Shown here: positions 1 to 13,680 of the stretch, piece after piece | Numbering within the stretch: the stretch's first letter is position 1 | Layout: every line of letters starts with the position of its first letter | From: Sphaerodactylus townsendi | Taxonomy: Eukaryota | Assembly (NCBI RefSeq): GCF_021028975.2 | Contig: NC_059440.1 | Coordinates: 18,042,001 to 18,106,000 of the forward strand | Direction of reading: 5' to 3' | Length of the DNA stretch: 64,000 nt | Translations under genes and position numbers: made by a program | Notes under the pieces: generated by a model | The model's input: only the letters and a program-made list of their open reading frames with translations | The model's database searches: none | What the model was told of the DNA's origin: nothing

Positions 1-879
1 TGGCAACAGGTTTTCAGTAACCCAGTGCAGGTTCTTGTGCTGTGGTGGCAGTTGCTGCCAAAGCTACATTTTTAAAAAATCTGCACAGCCAATCAGAAGC
101 CTTGACCTGGCCGCTTCCACTTCCTAAAAACACTGGATGTGTGCCAGAAAAGGGGTTGGTGTGTACCGTGACACCCACAGATACCACATTGAGGACCTCT
201 GTTCTAATCAGCATTGTAAAACATATTAGAGAACTGCAAATGCAACAGAAACACCATAAACAAATTGCCAGCGGTGGTTAATGGTAAGATCCAAAAGCAC
301 TCAAACCCAATGCACACCTGTCAACATCAACAGCAAACAGGCACTGCCTTAGTGGATCCTGTCTGTCAATGTATTAATAGCTAGACTGGCTCAATGGAAT
401 CTCTGTTCAGATGCAGTATATCTGAACAGCTGCAAGAGAGGACTGTTTTCATGCTCTGTGAGTTTTCTGGGGCCACTGGCTGACAGTCTATAGAAACAGT
501 GCTGGACTAGGTGGACCTTGATCAATCAAATTTCATTTTCTGCTCTAGGATTTGGCTTGATTCCATTTGTTTCAGTCATCCGGAGTCATTTTATTGTGCC
601 TCTTCTTCTAGCATTCAGTGCCAATCAACACATTCTGGAGTACAGAAGTTGGGTTTGGGATTCTCACGGACTAAGATGCTGCTGCAGGCATTAGTTGCAA
701 GCTTCTCTGGTTTGGATCAGGACTGTGGCACGTGTGAAGAAAGGGTTTCAGCCATCCTCCTAATACCCAGCTGACCACAATCCCAGGGGGAGGCACCATT
801 TGGTATGTTGGGGAAACTTATGTGTATTCCAGGAATGTGGGTTTTGGGTAAACAGCACCACCTACTACTGTTTGATGTA

Positions 880-1293
880 ACATCATGCCATCTTCCCTGA
901 GATCTGTTAGGGAGATGAAAATACCGTGCCATGAAAGGCTTTGTATTTGTAACATGAACTGTGAAGAGTCAGTTCATATCCTATACCATTGTCCTTTATA
1001 TAATGCATCTAGGAGGAAGTTCCTGGCATCTCTGTTGATCGACAACAGACCAACGGAAAACCCTCTTCCTTCTGGACAATGGCTCAAGAGAAGTCTTAGA
1101 GCTGACTGCCAGGTTCCTCTGCATTGTAATTGCAAGGCGTTTTTAATGTAACCTTTGAAACCTTTTATTATCATTTTAGAGGATTTTTAAAAATATAAAT
1201 CCCTATTTTGTTATATGCTCTTTTATACATTTGTTTTTTTTAAAGTATGTATTATTGTTGTTATCTGAATGGCATTAAAGGCTTCAGTTCAGT
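880..1293 (+). mobile_element. 3' fragment of a non-LTR retrotransposon (RTE-X-like)
   Basis: Encodes ERLCICNMNCEESVHILYHCPLY, a C-terminal Cys/His zinc-binding motif typical of LINE ORF2 ends, followed by an AT-rich 3' UTR, ATTAAA and a TTCAG tail. A second copy lies at 2813-3233. Confidence 0.6.
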
Positions 1294-2812
1294 ACCGTTT
1301 GATATTGGGAGAATGGCCTAAGGGCCGTGCATCTGAGCCAAACCAGGTACCACATGCCTATTCTAGAGAGTCCGCAATTTGAGCCTGACGCAGAGTGGGA
1401 TCCCAGATCCAGCCTGTGCCATCCGTGAACGTTCTTCCAAGTTTCCTGGCTGGTGTCTTTTGCACCTGCTGTGCTGTGGTGGCCGTGATTTGTTGCTCTC
1501 GCTCTATGAAAGCAGCCGGTTGGCTTTTCCTGTTTTGGGGCAGAGCCCGAGCCAGAGGAGCTTTTGATCTCTTTCAGCTCTAACCTACCCACTCCCTCCC
1601 AATCAAAACTCTGACACACGCTTATACACTCCCCTCTCGGGAATCTGTGCCGGGGCCCAGCCTCAGAAACTCGATTAAGCATGAAAGAAGAACAGGGAGC
1701 TTCTCTGAGCATATGCAGTGTGCTTTCCCTTCACTGCTGAATAATCGCGACCACTTCCTACCACCCAGCACCATTGCAGGGTGGGTCCAGAAACAGAAGG
1801 TCAACCAGCAGTTCGTGTATGGACAGCCCACCAGGGTCTCAACGTACCTTCTTGCTTGCTACCACTAACAATGGTGAAGGGGTTGTGTCACAATCCATGC
1901 AGGTGGGTTAGAGGTGATTTGAGAGCTCTCCGTCCAGCAACGGCAAAGCTTCCAGCACTCCACCTATGCCCTGATGTCTTCTTTTTTAAAAGAAGAAACT
2001 TCCCCTTTTCCTAGGAGAAATATCAGGTTTGCAGCCCCTGCCAGGTATGCATAGAGATGAGTATTGACCCCTTCATTCTCCAGCAAAAGCACCAAGTGTA
2101 CCCTGAGCCCTATCTGACTGTCAGGGCTTTCACCATAGATGGCAGAGAAAGGGTTAAATGGGAACACAGCACACAGATTGGCTGCTGGCCAAGTATCTCG
2201 CACCTGTCCTAGGTATCGGTCACGTGCTTGGGGTGTGGAGGCCCTACAAACCTGTCCTTTGTTCCAGACTCTGCCTGCACAGAGTCCTTGTGTCCTCTTG
2301 CGGACAACGGCTCCACTGTTACAGGGAGCTACTCTTGCTCCATCTAGACAGCAGCCCCTCACCCCACCCACCAGAAGCAATGGTCTTGCATTAAAAAGGG
2401 GAGGGGGTGTTAGCTGAGAGTGTTGGATCGAAATTCTTTTCTCTCCGAGGTTTTTTTTTAAAATAAGGCTTTAAAAAAGACAAACAAAAACAATAGCCAA
2501 AACCACATACCCACAAAACAAATTACAAAAGGGGAAAATGGACCGACCTCAATTTCCTCTGTGCCAAATATAAACACAATTTAAAATCTACCAATTCTAG
2601 GATTACAAGTATGGAATTCATTCTTAATTATTATTACTGAAAAGATCCACACTTTTCTCTATTATGTCTATCTTCTTGGGATTTGGATTCTTAAAGTCAA
2701 TAAGGAAAGGGGGTTGCCGTCTGCCATTCCTGTTTTCAGTATCAGGAATGGGTCGGATGGGACGCTGTGCCACCCACCCCTGTTGCTTCTACCAGTATGT
2801 TTGGACAAATAG

Positions 2813-3233
2813 CAGAGATCTGGCAGGGAGATGAAAATACCACGCAATGAAAGGCTTTGCATTGTAACATCATATTCTACACACCATTGTTCTTTATATA
2901 ATGCAGCTAGGAAGAAGTTCCTGGCTCCTCTGTTGAGTGACAACAGCATTCTCACAGAGCATTCCTTCTGGACAAGGGCTCAAGAGAAGTCTTAGAGTTG
3001 ACTGTCAGGTTTCTCGATATTGTAATTGCAAGGCGCTCTTAATGTAGCTTCTGAAACCTTTTATTCAGTTTTTCATTTATCTAAGATGATAATGTTTTAA
3101 ATATAGATCCTTATTTTTTAAATGTTAATGTTTAAAATATATTTTAATATAGATCCTTATTTTGTGATATTTGTAAAAGAGTATGTATTATTGTTGTTTT
3201 CTGAATGCCATTAAAGGTTTCATTTCAGTTCTG
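2813..3233 (+). mobile_element. Second copy of the RTE-X-like LINE 3' fragment
   Basis: Colinear with 880-1293 (gagatctg..agggagatgaaaatacc..gaaaggctttg..aagagaagtcttagag..ctgaatg..cattaaagg), with an internal deletion. Confidence 0.6.
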
Positions 3234-6200
3234 ACAAATTGCAGCGTGTGCACATTGTCCAGAATCAACCATAACGATGGTCTCTTTTTGGGGAGCAAAG
3301 TGTTTCAGTCAGTGTGACTCTGAAACAACTGTGCTGTTTACTCCCTTGTCGCCCGTTTGCCTGGAAATCCCACTCAGAATAAACCCAGGGGGTCCCCCCC
3401 GTACTATATGCCCTCCTGCATCTCAGTAAGACCACAGGTGCCCTCAGATGGCATCACCCACAAAGAGGTGATGCCTTCTAGGATATAGGCTTCTTGCTGT
3501 GCAGTCAATCGTATTGTCCTGTCCAGACAGGGAGGATCTGCAATATCTTTATGCAAGAGGAACTGGATGAGGAAGGTTTTCCATATACCCATCCCAGGGT
3601 TAAATGTATTGTTCATATGCAAAGGAGGACTTCGGAGCTTTTGTATTGTCAAGGAATTTGGGAGGCCGCAACTTCTCATGCAGAGTAAAATCTCTTCTGG
3701 CCAACTGTGGAAGTCAGAGGAGCCTTGCTACACGAGGCCACCAAACGATGCCGTTTTTAGGCCATTATTTTCTGTTCTGTTCACCGCTCCCCTTCTTTTC
3801 TCCTTTAGATCCCTCTCCACAGAGTTTACAAAGCTCTTGTTCGACAGCAGGTGAACTGAGCCAAGCGGGAGGGCACGGACCGCCCATCATGCTGAGCACG
3901 GCTCAGAACATGTGAAAAGCAAACAGAAGCTTGCTGAATCTGCCCCAAACCATGAGCATTCGGGTGGAAAGGAGATCCATCTCTTCCATCTCCAGCCTGA
4001 ACCGCTCTCAGCGAGGCAAAGGAAAAGCAGAATGTGACTAACGCTCAAGCCCCATCTGGGTTCAATCGGATCCAGATCTCAGTCTCCGGATGGCTTTTCA
4101 TGCCAGGGAACTCAGACCTGGTACATGAGAAGTCATAGCACAGAGAAGAAGGCTTCTGGGCATGTGCAAAGCACATACCCTACCAATACTAATTGCAAGC
4201 CATGGCGAAAATCTGGAAGCAGTGGAAAGTAAGATTTCAAACTAATCTTGAAGGCTGCCATCAGTCCCAGTACCTCTCTTTAAAAAAACAACAACAACAA
4301 GCAGCCTCAAATTGGAGACACCGAGCCAGGGGCTGTCCTTAATGTGCTTTTTTACCTTCGTTCGATATGTGGCTTCTGGATTGGAGGTGCCGACTCCATT
4401 CATGGAGCTGTGAAATTTGTTTTCACAGCAACACGGGCTTTGCTTTAGTTTGCTGTTCCTTCCATTTATTTCTCCATCAATTTATTATATCATGAGGCCA
4501 TCTGACCTCCTACCCAAGGGGTAAAGGTTGGCTGTATATCATCTCGCCGGACAACAACCCAGGAACTTTGATCCCTGCAATTCTATTCATGGCGCTGCAG
4601 CCAATGAATCCGAGCAACTTTCTTTGATCAGGGCCAGTGCTCCCCTTCATTGTCTTGAGCCAATATTTAGCCTAGCGACTGTCCAAGTCCCTCCGGTGGA
4701 GGCATTCCAACTGTCTGAATCAGAATATGCTGGTCTCAAGGTCACAGTGAACCATAAGCATCAAAGAACTGGCAGTTTTGGGTGGGAGTCAGGCCAACCA
4801 GCCCAGGTCATTTTAGTACCTGAGATGGAAAATGTAAATATTCACCTCCCCAACTGCAAAGACCTTCAAAATAAGGATGGTATTTGGTAACAGTGCAAAC
4901 AGCCATGTTGCCTTGCATCTGCTGTTGCTATACAATAAGCATAACAGAAAGCATCTTATTGCCACATCTTGTGACAGCGAGTTCCATAAGTTGCATTACA
5001 TCTTGTCTGGGCAGCAAGCCGCTTTTGTACTGTAAATTATTATAACTGGGTACAAGGAGGGGGGGGGATGTCTCTTTCCTTCATTCTGCAAGATCTCTTG
5101 CACCGATTCCAAGTCATTTCAGTGGCGCTTTGGCAGGAGAACTTCCTGGTATATTGTGCCTCGAGGTCAGCTCTGTTTGCCTTCCACTCATCTACCCTTA
5201 ATGACACCCAAAATATGCTGCCTGAGGCAGCCACCTATCCTACCCTCAGGGTAGGATTCTGGATTGTGGTTTAAGATCAGGGCAAGCCCAGGCTAGAATT
5301 AAATTGATTTAAAAACCCTTCTTTGCTCAGAAGGCTTACTCATTTCCATAATATCTGTGATTCGTCTACGGCTACTCCTGAATTGCTGTGAGACGTACAG
5401 GTGCTTTCGAGCTAAGATTACGACTCTTTGCCTGGTCCAAAGCTCTGTCCGCTAGAGACCCTGCAAGTCTCTCGCCTTCTGAAGCCCCTGGCAAGCACAA
5501 AAGTAGTGCCTAGTTGTTGCGCATACAACAAAAAAAGGACTGCGCGCACGCTGAACTCGGAGTAAACTCCGGAGTAAAGTAAACTCGGAGCAAGAATGCA
5601 GATACTTGCCAGAAAATGCAGATAGAAGTGTGAAACCAACCAGCCCCAAACTGTCAAGAATGCAACGTTTGATCAAGTTACTAAAACAGAGTTTTATTTG
5701 TGGGAGAAAGAAGGAAACACCATATAACTGTACAAACACAAGGGAGGGGGAGTTGTCAGCTGCCCTCAAGCCCCGTGTAACAATGAACCTGGCTTCCTCC
5801 CAGCTTGGTTGGACGGGAATCCTACTTGGTATCTCTGGCTAAAATGTCCACGATGGAAAGTCGGAACAGCTGCTACCCATCAAGGTTCACTTTACCAGCA
5901 ACTTCTTAAATATTTTTCTGCCCTGCTCCAATGGTTGCCACTATCCCAGGAGGTGATGGTATCTGCTAGACAGCTTGTTTCTGATGACTGTGGAAGTTAC
6001 CACTTGTGCTGAAGGGCCGGGCTTGAGAAAAATGGCAGATGTCGGCCATCTTTATTTCTTCCTCACCAACCCATTGCAATCTTCTCGCTCCCAGCAACAG
6101 CTGACTCTTTGCTCAAATGCAAATTCGCCATTCACTATGGATACTTCCCTATAACTTGGGTGGAACCATTTATTTCCCAGAGGCCCGGTTTGGGACAAAG

Positions 6201-7159
6201 TTATTACCTCAGGGCAGGGGCCAGAGTGAACTCTTTCACAGCATAGTGGAGGAGGTGGAGGTGGAGGCCATCTTAATTCCTCCCTGGAACCAGCAAGAAC
6301 ACAGGTCTTTTTGCCCAATCAGACCAAATTCTGTGCTCTAAAGCTGCTATTTAAACTTTAAAAAGGGGGCCTGGTTTGATATCGTATCCTACCACTCATC
6401 ATCTCTCAAGGGTTCCCAATATCAACCAGATCTCACACTTGGTGGACATCTCTCCCCATGGTCTATCTCCCCTAGAATATCTTCTAGAAATATAGCAAAA
6501 TGATTCCAATAACACAGCAGCTCCCACTGATTAAAACAAGGAGGGATATACACATTAATCATAATTAAGACTGAATTAAAAAAAAACTCGATAAAAAAGC
6601 CTGGGCAATATTCCCTAGAATATCATCCTATCCGTCCCCCGCCCTTTAAATCGATCGCTTTCCCATGTAATCCCTACAGAAACAAAGGTCTGAGGTAGGA
6701 AATAAAAGGGGCCTGGCGCTAGCCGCGAACAGCGGGAACAATGTGGAGGCTACGCCTTCAACTGCCTTTCCAGAGTGCGCAACCAGACCTTGGCCCCACA
6801 CCAGCCTTCGATGACTGCAGATAAAGCCCAAGGGACAGGAAGCGGGGGTCCAGTCTTGCAGAGGCACTCAACGAAAGTCCAAGACATGGCCGGGTGTGTT
6901 TTAAGTCACAGGCTATCCACAAGAAGACGAGCTAAAGGTTTCCCCTTCTCCTTTTCAGGAATACTTTGTGGTGGGGGAATGCTAGCCCAAAGCCCCTCAT
7001 TCAGTCCCCAAAGTTAAAGTAGAACATATCTCTGAATATTTACTTCCAGGGATATGTCTGGATGTCTCTTTTCTTGAGCAAGTGACAGCAAAGGTCAGGA
7101 GCGTCCTCAGAGGTGCAGCAACTGGTGGTTCAGTCTGGTGCCCCAGGCAGGCTGCTGCT

Positions 7160-7804
7160 TCATACGTAGTTCTTCCTTTCGTAGCTGGCCACCGTTGACT
7201 TGGGGGCTGAGTAGGTCGTGTTTGTGGGTCTGTACCTGTCATCCTTAGGGGGGCAAGAACAGCAGAGCAAGGCACCCCCGAAAAGTGAGAGGGCAGCCGC
7301 TGCCCAGCCAACGTAGAGAGAAGCTCCTAGCTCTCGCTTCAGGGCTTGGGGCACCGCCACATTGTAGAAGTCACGGATGATGGTATTGGCCGACCAGGAG
7401 ACAGGGATGAGGACCAGGATACCGGCCAACAGGAAGATGACTCCGGAGACGATGGTCACCTTGGCTTTCATGGAATCGTCCTCGATACACCTGGTGCACT
7501 GCGCCCCCATCAAGAAGACAAGGATGCCCAGCAAGCCTAGGACGATAGATATGACCGTCAAGGCACGGGCGGCCTGCAGGTCCGGGGCCAGAGCCAGCAT
7601 GGAGTCGTAGACCTTGCATTGCATCTGGCCAGTGCTCTGCACCACACAGTCCATCCACAGGCCCTCCCAGGTTATCTGCGCAGTGACGATGTTGTAGCCG
7701 ATGAAGGCTGTCACCCGCCACATAGGCAGCCCGCAGGAAAAGATGCAGCCGATCCAGCCCAAGACGGACAGAGATATCCCGCCAATTTCCAGGCCCATCG
7801 ACAT
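7160..7804 (-). CDS. CLDN3: Claudin-3, 214 aa, single exon
   Basis: ATG at 7804 gives MSMGLEIGG. Has the claudin W-GLW-C-C signature, four hydrophobic helices and a C-terminal YERKNYV PDZ motif. N- and C-termini resemble CLDN3, and the gene is divergent from CLDN4 as in mammals. The ORF-track start at 7837 is a TTG. Confidence 0.92.
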   Translation of the reverse strand: MSMGLEIGGISLSVLGWIGCIFSCGLPMWRVTAFIGYNIVTAQITWEGLWMDCVVQSTGQMQCKVYDSMLALAPDLQAARALTVISIVLGLLGILVFLMGAQCTRCIEDDSMKAKVTIVSGVIFLLAGILVLIPVSWSANTIIRDFYNVAVPQALKRELGASLYVGWAAAALSLFGGALLCCSCPPKDDRYRPTNTTYSAPKSTVASYERKNYV

Positions 7805-7884
7805 GTTGCTGCCGCTTTGTCGGTCACCGCTTGCCAAGCTGGGGAATCGGGTGTTCTCAGAGCGTAGCTTCGAGCAGAACTATT

Positions 7885-7965
7885 CAAGCACCTGGCCTCG
7901 GGCTGATTTATAGCCATTGCTATAACCTGGGCGGGCTATGTTAGCTCAAGCACGGGGTGGGGCTT
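7885..7965 (-). promoter_or_regulatory. CLDN3 core promoter
   Basis: TATAAAT at 7912-7906 (minus strand), E-box CACCTG at 7889-7894, GC box GGGCGGG near 7928 and a CACCC/KLF box near 7955. Confidence 0.65.
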
Positions 7966-8399
7966 TGCCAACGGACTCTCATCCTGCCGTTCCCTCACAC
8001 CGTCGCCTTTTGTTTGTTTGTGGAGATGGCATCCTTGAGAGATGAAGACCGAGCTGGGAGTGCGAGTTGGAGGCAGGCCCTGAATTCCAACCGCTTGTTT
8101 GCCGTGACCACTTTTGGTTTCAAGAGGAGGCTGGCAAGCAGGGACAGGGGTGGCAGCCGAACGGAAACACCTTCTGAAGCACTTTGAATGACACAGCATT
8201 TGCTTGATTTTAAAACTGCTATTTGGCCTCGCGGGGCCCCAAACATGCGTGGAAGAGACTGGCATTCTTGGCATCCATTTTGTCACATGTGTGCTGGCAT
8301 CTGAACCTAAAACCTCCTCACGAGGCTGGGATAGTCTCATAAGCTACTTGGGATTGTGTGGGCTTGGATATCAGGGCCCCCTTCAGGTGCAAAAGAGGG

Positions 8400-8830
8400 A
8401 GTATCAGTCTGCAACATTTATTTTACGTATTTTTATCCCATCTTTGGACCCTAACAAGGGCTGCCAAAGCATCTCACAGTTTAAAACATGCACGATACAA
8501 TCACATTTAAAAACCACTAAAACCAATCCGCCCCCCCCAAAACAGACGTCAGAACATTAAAACAATTAAAAACTGTTAAAATATGTACCTGACATAAAAC
8601 AGCGATTAAAATATTGGTTAGGAAGGAGGGATCCCTGAGAGAATGCCACATGAAACAAAAAACATCCTCAGCCACTGGAGGAAGATGGCAACCAAAGGGG
8701 ACAAACAAATCTACCTGAGAAGAAAGTTCCAAAGCTTTGGTGCCATGATCAAAAAGGCCCTTTCCTGGGTTGCCACCTGCCTGATCTCAGAAGGTGGAAG
8801 CACCTGAGGCAAGGCCTCCAAAGATGAGTC
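8400..8830 (-). mobile_element. Old L2 LINE 3' fragment
   Basis: The minus strand encodes ERAFLIMAPKLWN, an L2 ORF2 C-terminal motif, followed by a T-rich 3' UTR. Confidence 0.6.
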
Positions 8831-9924
8831 TAGTGGTAATGGGCTTAATAGTAGAGCATGTGGTTTGCATACAGAAGTTACCCACTGCCCAGTCAAATCC
8901 CTGGCATATGATAAGGTTGCCAATTCCAGCTTGGGAAATTCCTGGAAATTTGGGAGCGATGCCTGAGGAGGACAGAGTTGGGGACGGGAAGGAGCCCAGC
9001 AAGAATGGAATATCATCTAATTCCAGGAACACTCTAAGGGAGCTTTTTGAAGTTGACAGCACCTCTAGGCAAAAGGTTCAAGGTAGGGAGTTTTGGGAAT
9101 GGTCTCACTCTGGCTGAGATGGCGGAGAAGGGAAGAGGCATTAATGATCTAGACAGGTCAAGGCTTTGACTGTCACAGTGTAAGGGAACTTCTTATAGGC
9201 AAGGGCCAGGGCTTGTACTTTGGAGGCAGGTCTTTGGTTTGGTCCATGACATCTCCACTTAGAAGATGTGGTAAGAAGCCCTTGTCTTCCTGAGATGGTG
9301 GAGAGAGCTTCTTCCAGACAAACATTGCTAGAAGGACCCATGTTCTTACTCAGTATAAAGCAACTTAATTCATTCGGTATTGGCCTCTGTGGTAAAGAAG
9401 CTTGGCATAAATATCAGGAAGTTGGCCTTTTGCCTTTGCCAGACAGAGAAAGACTTTCTATTTTGCGGCACTTGAGACATTCAGTTTCCTATGGGCCTCC
9501 TTGGTCATTTCTCTACCTCTGTAAGTGCCCATTCTGGAGGTAGGCATGATGCCACTTGAATCAGTTGTATTCCTTTACATCCTTCTGGGAAGAAGGCTGT
9601 TTGTATTTGCTGGAAGAACATTGCATCTCAACTCCTGTGTATACTCCACGAAGCAGGGAAGAGCCATCATCTTTGGAACCATGGTTGGGTTGAATTAATG
9701 AAGAACATAAGAACATCCTTCTTGGATCATACCAAAGTTCCATCCAGTTCACAGTCCTGTTTCCAATAGGGATCAACTACTCCCTGCTAAGAAACTCACA
9801 AGTAGGTCATGAAGGCGATTGACATTTTGTTCCCAGCACCTGTAATTAAAGGTGAATATGGAGGTTCTATGTACTCATCATGCTACAGCTAATATCTGTT
9901 GATGGTTACTTGCAAAAGTCAGGG

Positions 9925-10149
9925 NNNNNNNNNNNNNNNNNNNNNNNNNNNNNNNNNNNNNNNNNNNNNNNNNNNNNNNNNNNNNNNNNNNNNNNNNNNN
10001 NNNNNNNNNNNNNNNNNNNNNNNNNNNNNNNNNNNNNNNNNNNNNNNNNNNNNNNNNNNNNNNNNNNNNNNNNNNNNNNNNNNNNNNNNNNNNNNNNNNN
10101 NNNNNNNNNNNNNNNNNNNNNNNNNNNNNNNNNNNNNNNNNNNNNNNNN
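9925..10149. other. Assembly gap
   Basis: Run of N. Confidence 0.99.
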
Positions 10150-10420
10150 CCCTTTTCTCTCCTGTAAGGACACTCAAAGAGGCTTACAATCTCCTTTCCC
10201 TTCCCCCTCACAACAAACACCCTGTGAGGTAGGTGGGACTGAGAGAGCTCTGAAGAACTGTGACTAGCCCAAGGTCACCCAGCTGGCATGTATGTGTGGG
10301 AGTGCACAAGCTAATCTGGTTCACCAGATAAGCCCCCACAGTTCAAGTGGCAGAGCAGTGAATCAAACCTGGTTCTCCAGATTAGAGTGCACCTGCTCTT
10401 AACCACTACATCACGCTGGC
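10150..10420 (-). mobile_element. tRNA-derived CORE-type SINE (Squam3-like), subfamily A
   Basis: tRNA-like head (tgtagtggttaagagcaggtgcactctaatctggagaacc..tttgatt), MIR-like core (gggtgaccttgggctagtcac, acctacctcacagggtgtttgttg) and a tail running into the gap. Confidence 0.85.
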
Positions 10421-11421
10421 TCTCTTTAGAAACAGAACGATGACTGGACATCCACCCCTAGCTATGGATGAAATAAGCCAGGGTGAACAGTTGAGATTGG
10501 CAGAGGAATGGCGTTGACATGCCTTGAAAGTCTTCCTAATGTCTTGGGTAGAAACCAGGAACCAATCAGGAGGCAGAGAAACTAGAATGGCTAGCATCTA
10601 ATAAGACCTTTCGAGGCTGGCCAATTGGTTGCGGTTTTCATACGTGCTTAAAGGAGCTGGTTTTCTAGTCATAGAATCATAGTGTTGGAAGAGACCTCAA
10701 GGGCCATCAAGTCCAGGTGGGAAGCCCCCAACACTTGTCTGGATGTGGCGTTGCTCTGCTTCCGAGGCCCCTGAACAGTCACTATCAGGGGCAGAGAAGT
10801 GGACAGGGCGGAAGTTTGCTCTGGTCTGTTCAAGCGATTCTTCACAAAGATACGTTCGCTATGTCAACCTGAAGTTTATTTAAGTTGTGGCAGCTCCCAT
10901 ATCAGCCATCTTGTTTAACTAACTACCCCGACAAAGGTGGTTTGTTGACTATTGCCCGGCGGCTATCGCTGCATACACATTTCCATTAGTTCAGTTTCTT
11001 AGTGGCGCATGTTCCATCCTTAGGGCGCATTGCCTTGTCTAGACAAGGAAATAGAAAAAAATCCAACGAAAGAGCATAGTTTCGGTCTTGGCCTATACCT
11101 CCTCACTCCGGTCCATTCTGGTCCAGATGGCAGTCCAGGAAATGAATCAGTTTTCTCTCTCATTACAAACCGCTGGTTGCAATTAAGATTTTATAGTGGG
11201 CCAAGTAAAGAGTTATAGAAACCATTCCAACAGTGATAGTGTTATTGGGACATACTTACCTGACTAGGTCACAGGGGAATTCCAGTTTGCTTCATTGAAA
11301 CTTCATCTTTTCTTTAAAATAAAAAGGACCACCCTTTCCCCACTTAAACACGTGGTTTGCAGAGGATCGGTGTCATATCCTTTGGAAAAATCACCTCTTC
11401 GGTCCATATACATAATAACTA

Positions 11422-11634
11422 CTCTGTTTTCCCGTAAATAAGACAACCCCTGAGCATAGAGGTTTTGCTGAAGTGCTTAATATAAGGCATCCTCCGAAAG
11501 TAAGACGTAGCAAAGTTTTTGTTTGGAAGCATGCCCACCGAACAGAACAATAAGACATCCCCTGAAAATAAGACATCGCACATCTTTAGGAGCAAAAATT
11601 AATATAACACTGTCTTATTTTCGGGGAAACACGA
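11422..11634. mobile_element. Tc1/mariner (Tc2-like) MITE
   Basis: TIRs ctctgttttcccgtaaataagac and gtcttattttcggggaaacacga, flanked by TA on both sides. Confidence 0.75.
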
Positions 11635-12095
11635 TAGCTACCATATCTTCCTTCAAGGAACTGGGGATCATACACTGTTCTCCCATTCGCCATTGAGCGC
11701 TTTTGCAGGAAAGACAAAACAGGGTAAATATGATTGCACAGCAAAGAAAGACATCTTGAAAACATTTCAGACTGAATAATTGTTTTAAAAGGGGATTCAT
11801 TTAAAACATTTTGAGGCTGGAAATAAAACATTTTCAGAACCAAGGGAAGGAGGAGGAAACAAAGCAGAACTCCATGGTGGACATGTTTTATTTACATCTG
11901 GCCTTTCCTTGCACTGAAGTTTCCCTGCAATGCACTAATTAACAGTAAATTAACCTGCGGTGCATTTCCTTAGCAATGTCCTTTGCAATGCTGATGTTTC
12001 ATTAAATGTGGTTTTACCACATTTCTCTGTACATAATGTTGAGATGTGGGGACGAACGGATGAAGTTTCATTTGCACACTTGGACATTTGATTGT

Positions 12096-13680
12096 GACTT
12101 CTGGGGAACATAATGAAAGACAGCCACCATGGTTAACAAGGGAGGTTGAGGAAATTATCAGAAAAAAGAAGAAGTCTTTTAGAAAATGAAAGTCCAACTT
12201 GACTGATGAGGAATACCAGAGGGAACACAAATGGTGGCAAAAGAGAAGCAAGTTAGCTGAAAGGGAGGCAAAAAAGTGTTATGAGGAATGCATGGCTGCG
12301 AACATCAAGACGAGCAGCAAACAGTTCTTCAAGTACATCAAAAGTAGGAAGAGGTAGGCCCATTAGATGACAAAGGAACAAAAGGTGTACTAAAAGATGA
12401 CAGGGAGATTGCAGAGAAGCTGAATGAATTCTTTGCATCTGTCTTCACCCAAGAGGAGGTGAGGAACATTTCTGCACCTGAACCAAGCTTCTTAGGAGGT
12501 GAATCCAAGGAACTAGTGAAGATAGTTGTAGACAAGGAAGAAGTTCTGGCAGCCATTGATAAACTAAATGCTACCAAATCCCCTGGCCCAGATTGCATTC
12601 ACCCAAGAGTTCTTAAAGAGCTCAAGCATGAAATTGCTGATCTTCTCACTTTAATATGCAATTTATCCCTGAAATCAGGCTCCATCCCTGAAGACTGGAA
12701 GATGGCCAATGTCACACCAATCTTTAAGAAAGGATCTAGGGGGAACCCAGGAAATTACAGGCCAGTCAGTTTAACATCTGTCCTGGTAAATTAGTAGAAT
12801 CTATCATTAAAGATAGGTTATTGAGAAAACTCAGCAATGAAGGAATAAGAGGGGAAGTCCTCCTATGGATTCAAAACTGGTTGAGGAACAGGAAGTGAAG
12901 GGTGGGTGTAAATGGGAAATTCTCACAATGGAGAGATGTGGGGAGTGGTGTCCCCCAAGGATCCGTCTTGGGACCAGTGCTCTTTAACCTATAAATAAAT
13001 GACCTGGAAGTAGGGGTGGGTAGCAAGGTGGCCAAGTTTGCAGATGATACCAAATTAGGTAGGGTGGTGAGAACCACAAAGAGCTCCAAGCAGACTTTTA
13101 TAAATTAGGTGAGTAGACTAAGAATCAATGTAGCAAAATGTAAAGTGATGCAGATAGGGGCAAAAAATCCAAACTTCACATACAAGCTACATGGGTGAGT
13201 GCTATCAGTCACAGACCAGGAAAGGGATTTGGGCATCTTAGTTGATAGTTCCATGGGAATGTCAACTCAATGCATGGCAGCTGTGAAAAAGGCAAACTCT
13301 ATGCTGGGGATCATTAGAAAAGGAATTGATAATAAAACTGCAAGGATTGTCATGCCCTTATATAAAGCAGTGGTGCGACCGCACTTGGAGTACTGTGTTC
13401 GGTTCTGGTCGCCGCATCTCAAAAAGGATATTGAAGAGATCGAAAAAGTGCAGAGAAGGGCAACGAGGATGATTGAAGGATTGGAGCACCTTCCTTATGA
13501 GGAGAGGCTGCAGCATTTGGGACTCTTTAGTTTGGAGAGGAGACGTCTGAGGGGGGATAGGATTGAAGTCTATAAAATTATGCATGGGGTAGAAAATGTT
13601 GACAGAGATAAATTTCTCTCTCACACAATACTAGAACTAGGGGGCATTCATTGAAAATGCTGGGGGGGAGAATTAGGACT
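12096..13680 (+). mobile_element. CR1 LINE ORF2 fragment (decayed reverse transcriptase), lacking its 3' tail
   Basis: [62 protein letters not shown] and LYKAVVRPHLEYC, with internal stops and deletions. Confidence 0.95.

Noticed and set aside
1-6000. Exons of ABHD11, the expected neighbour beyond CLDN3
   Set aside because: I could not find alpha/beta-hydrolase motifs in any frame I examined. The gene probably lies outside the window.
7805-7837. N-terminal extensions of the three claudin ORFs in the ORF track (also 30231-30404 and 40509-40601)
   Set aside because: They start at TTG codons and cover promoter, 5' UTR or intron sequence. The downstream ATGs give canonical claudin N-termini.
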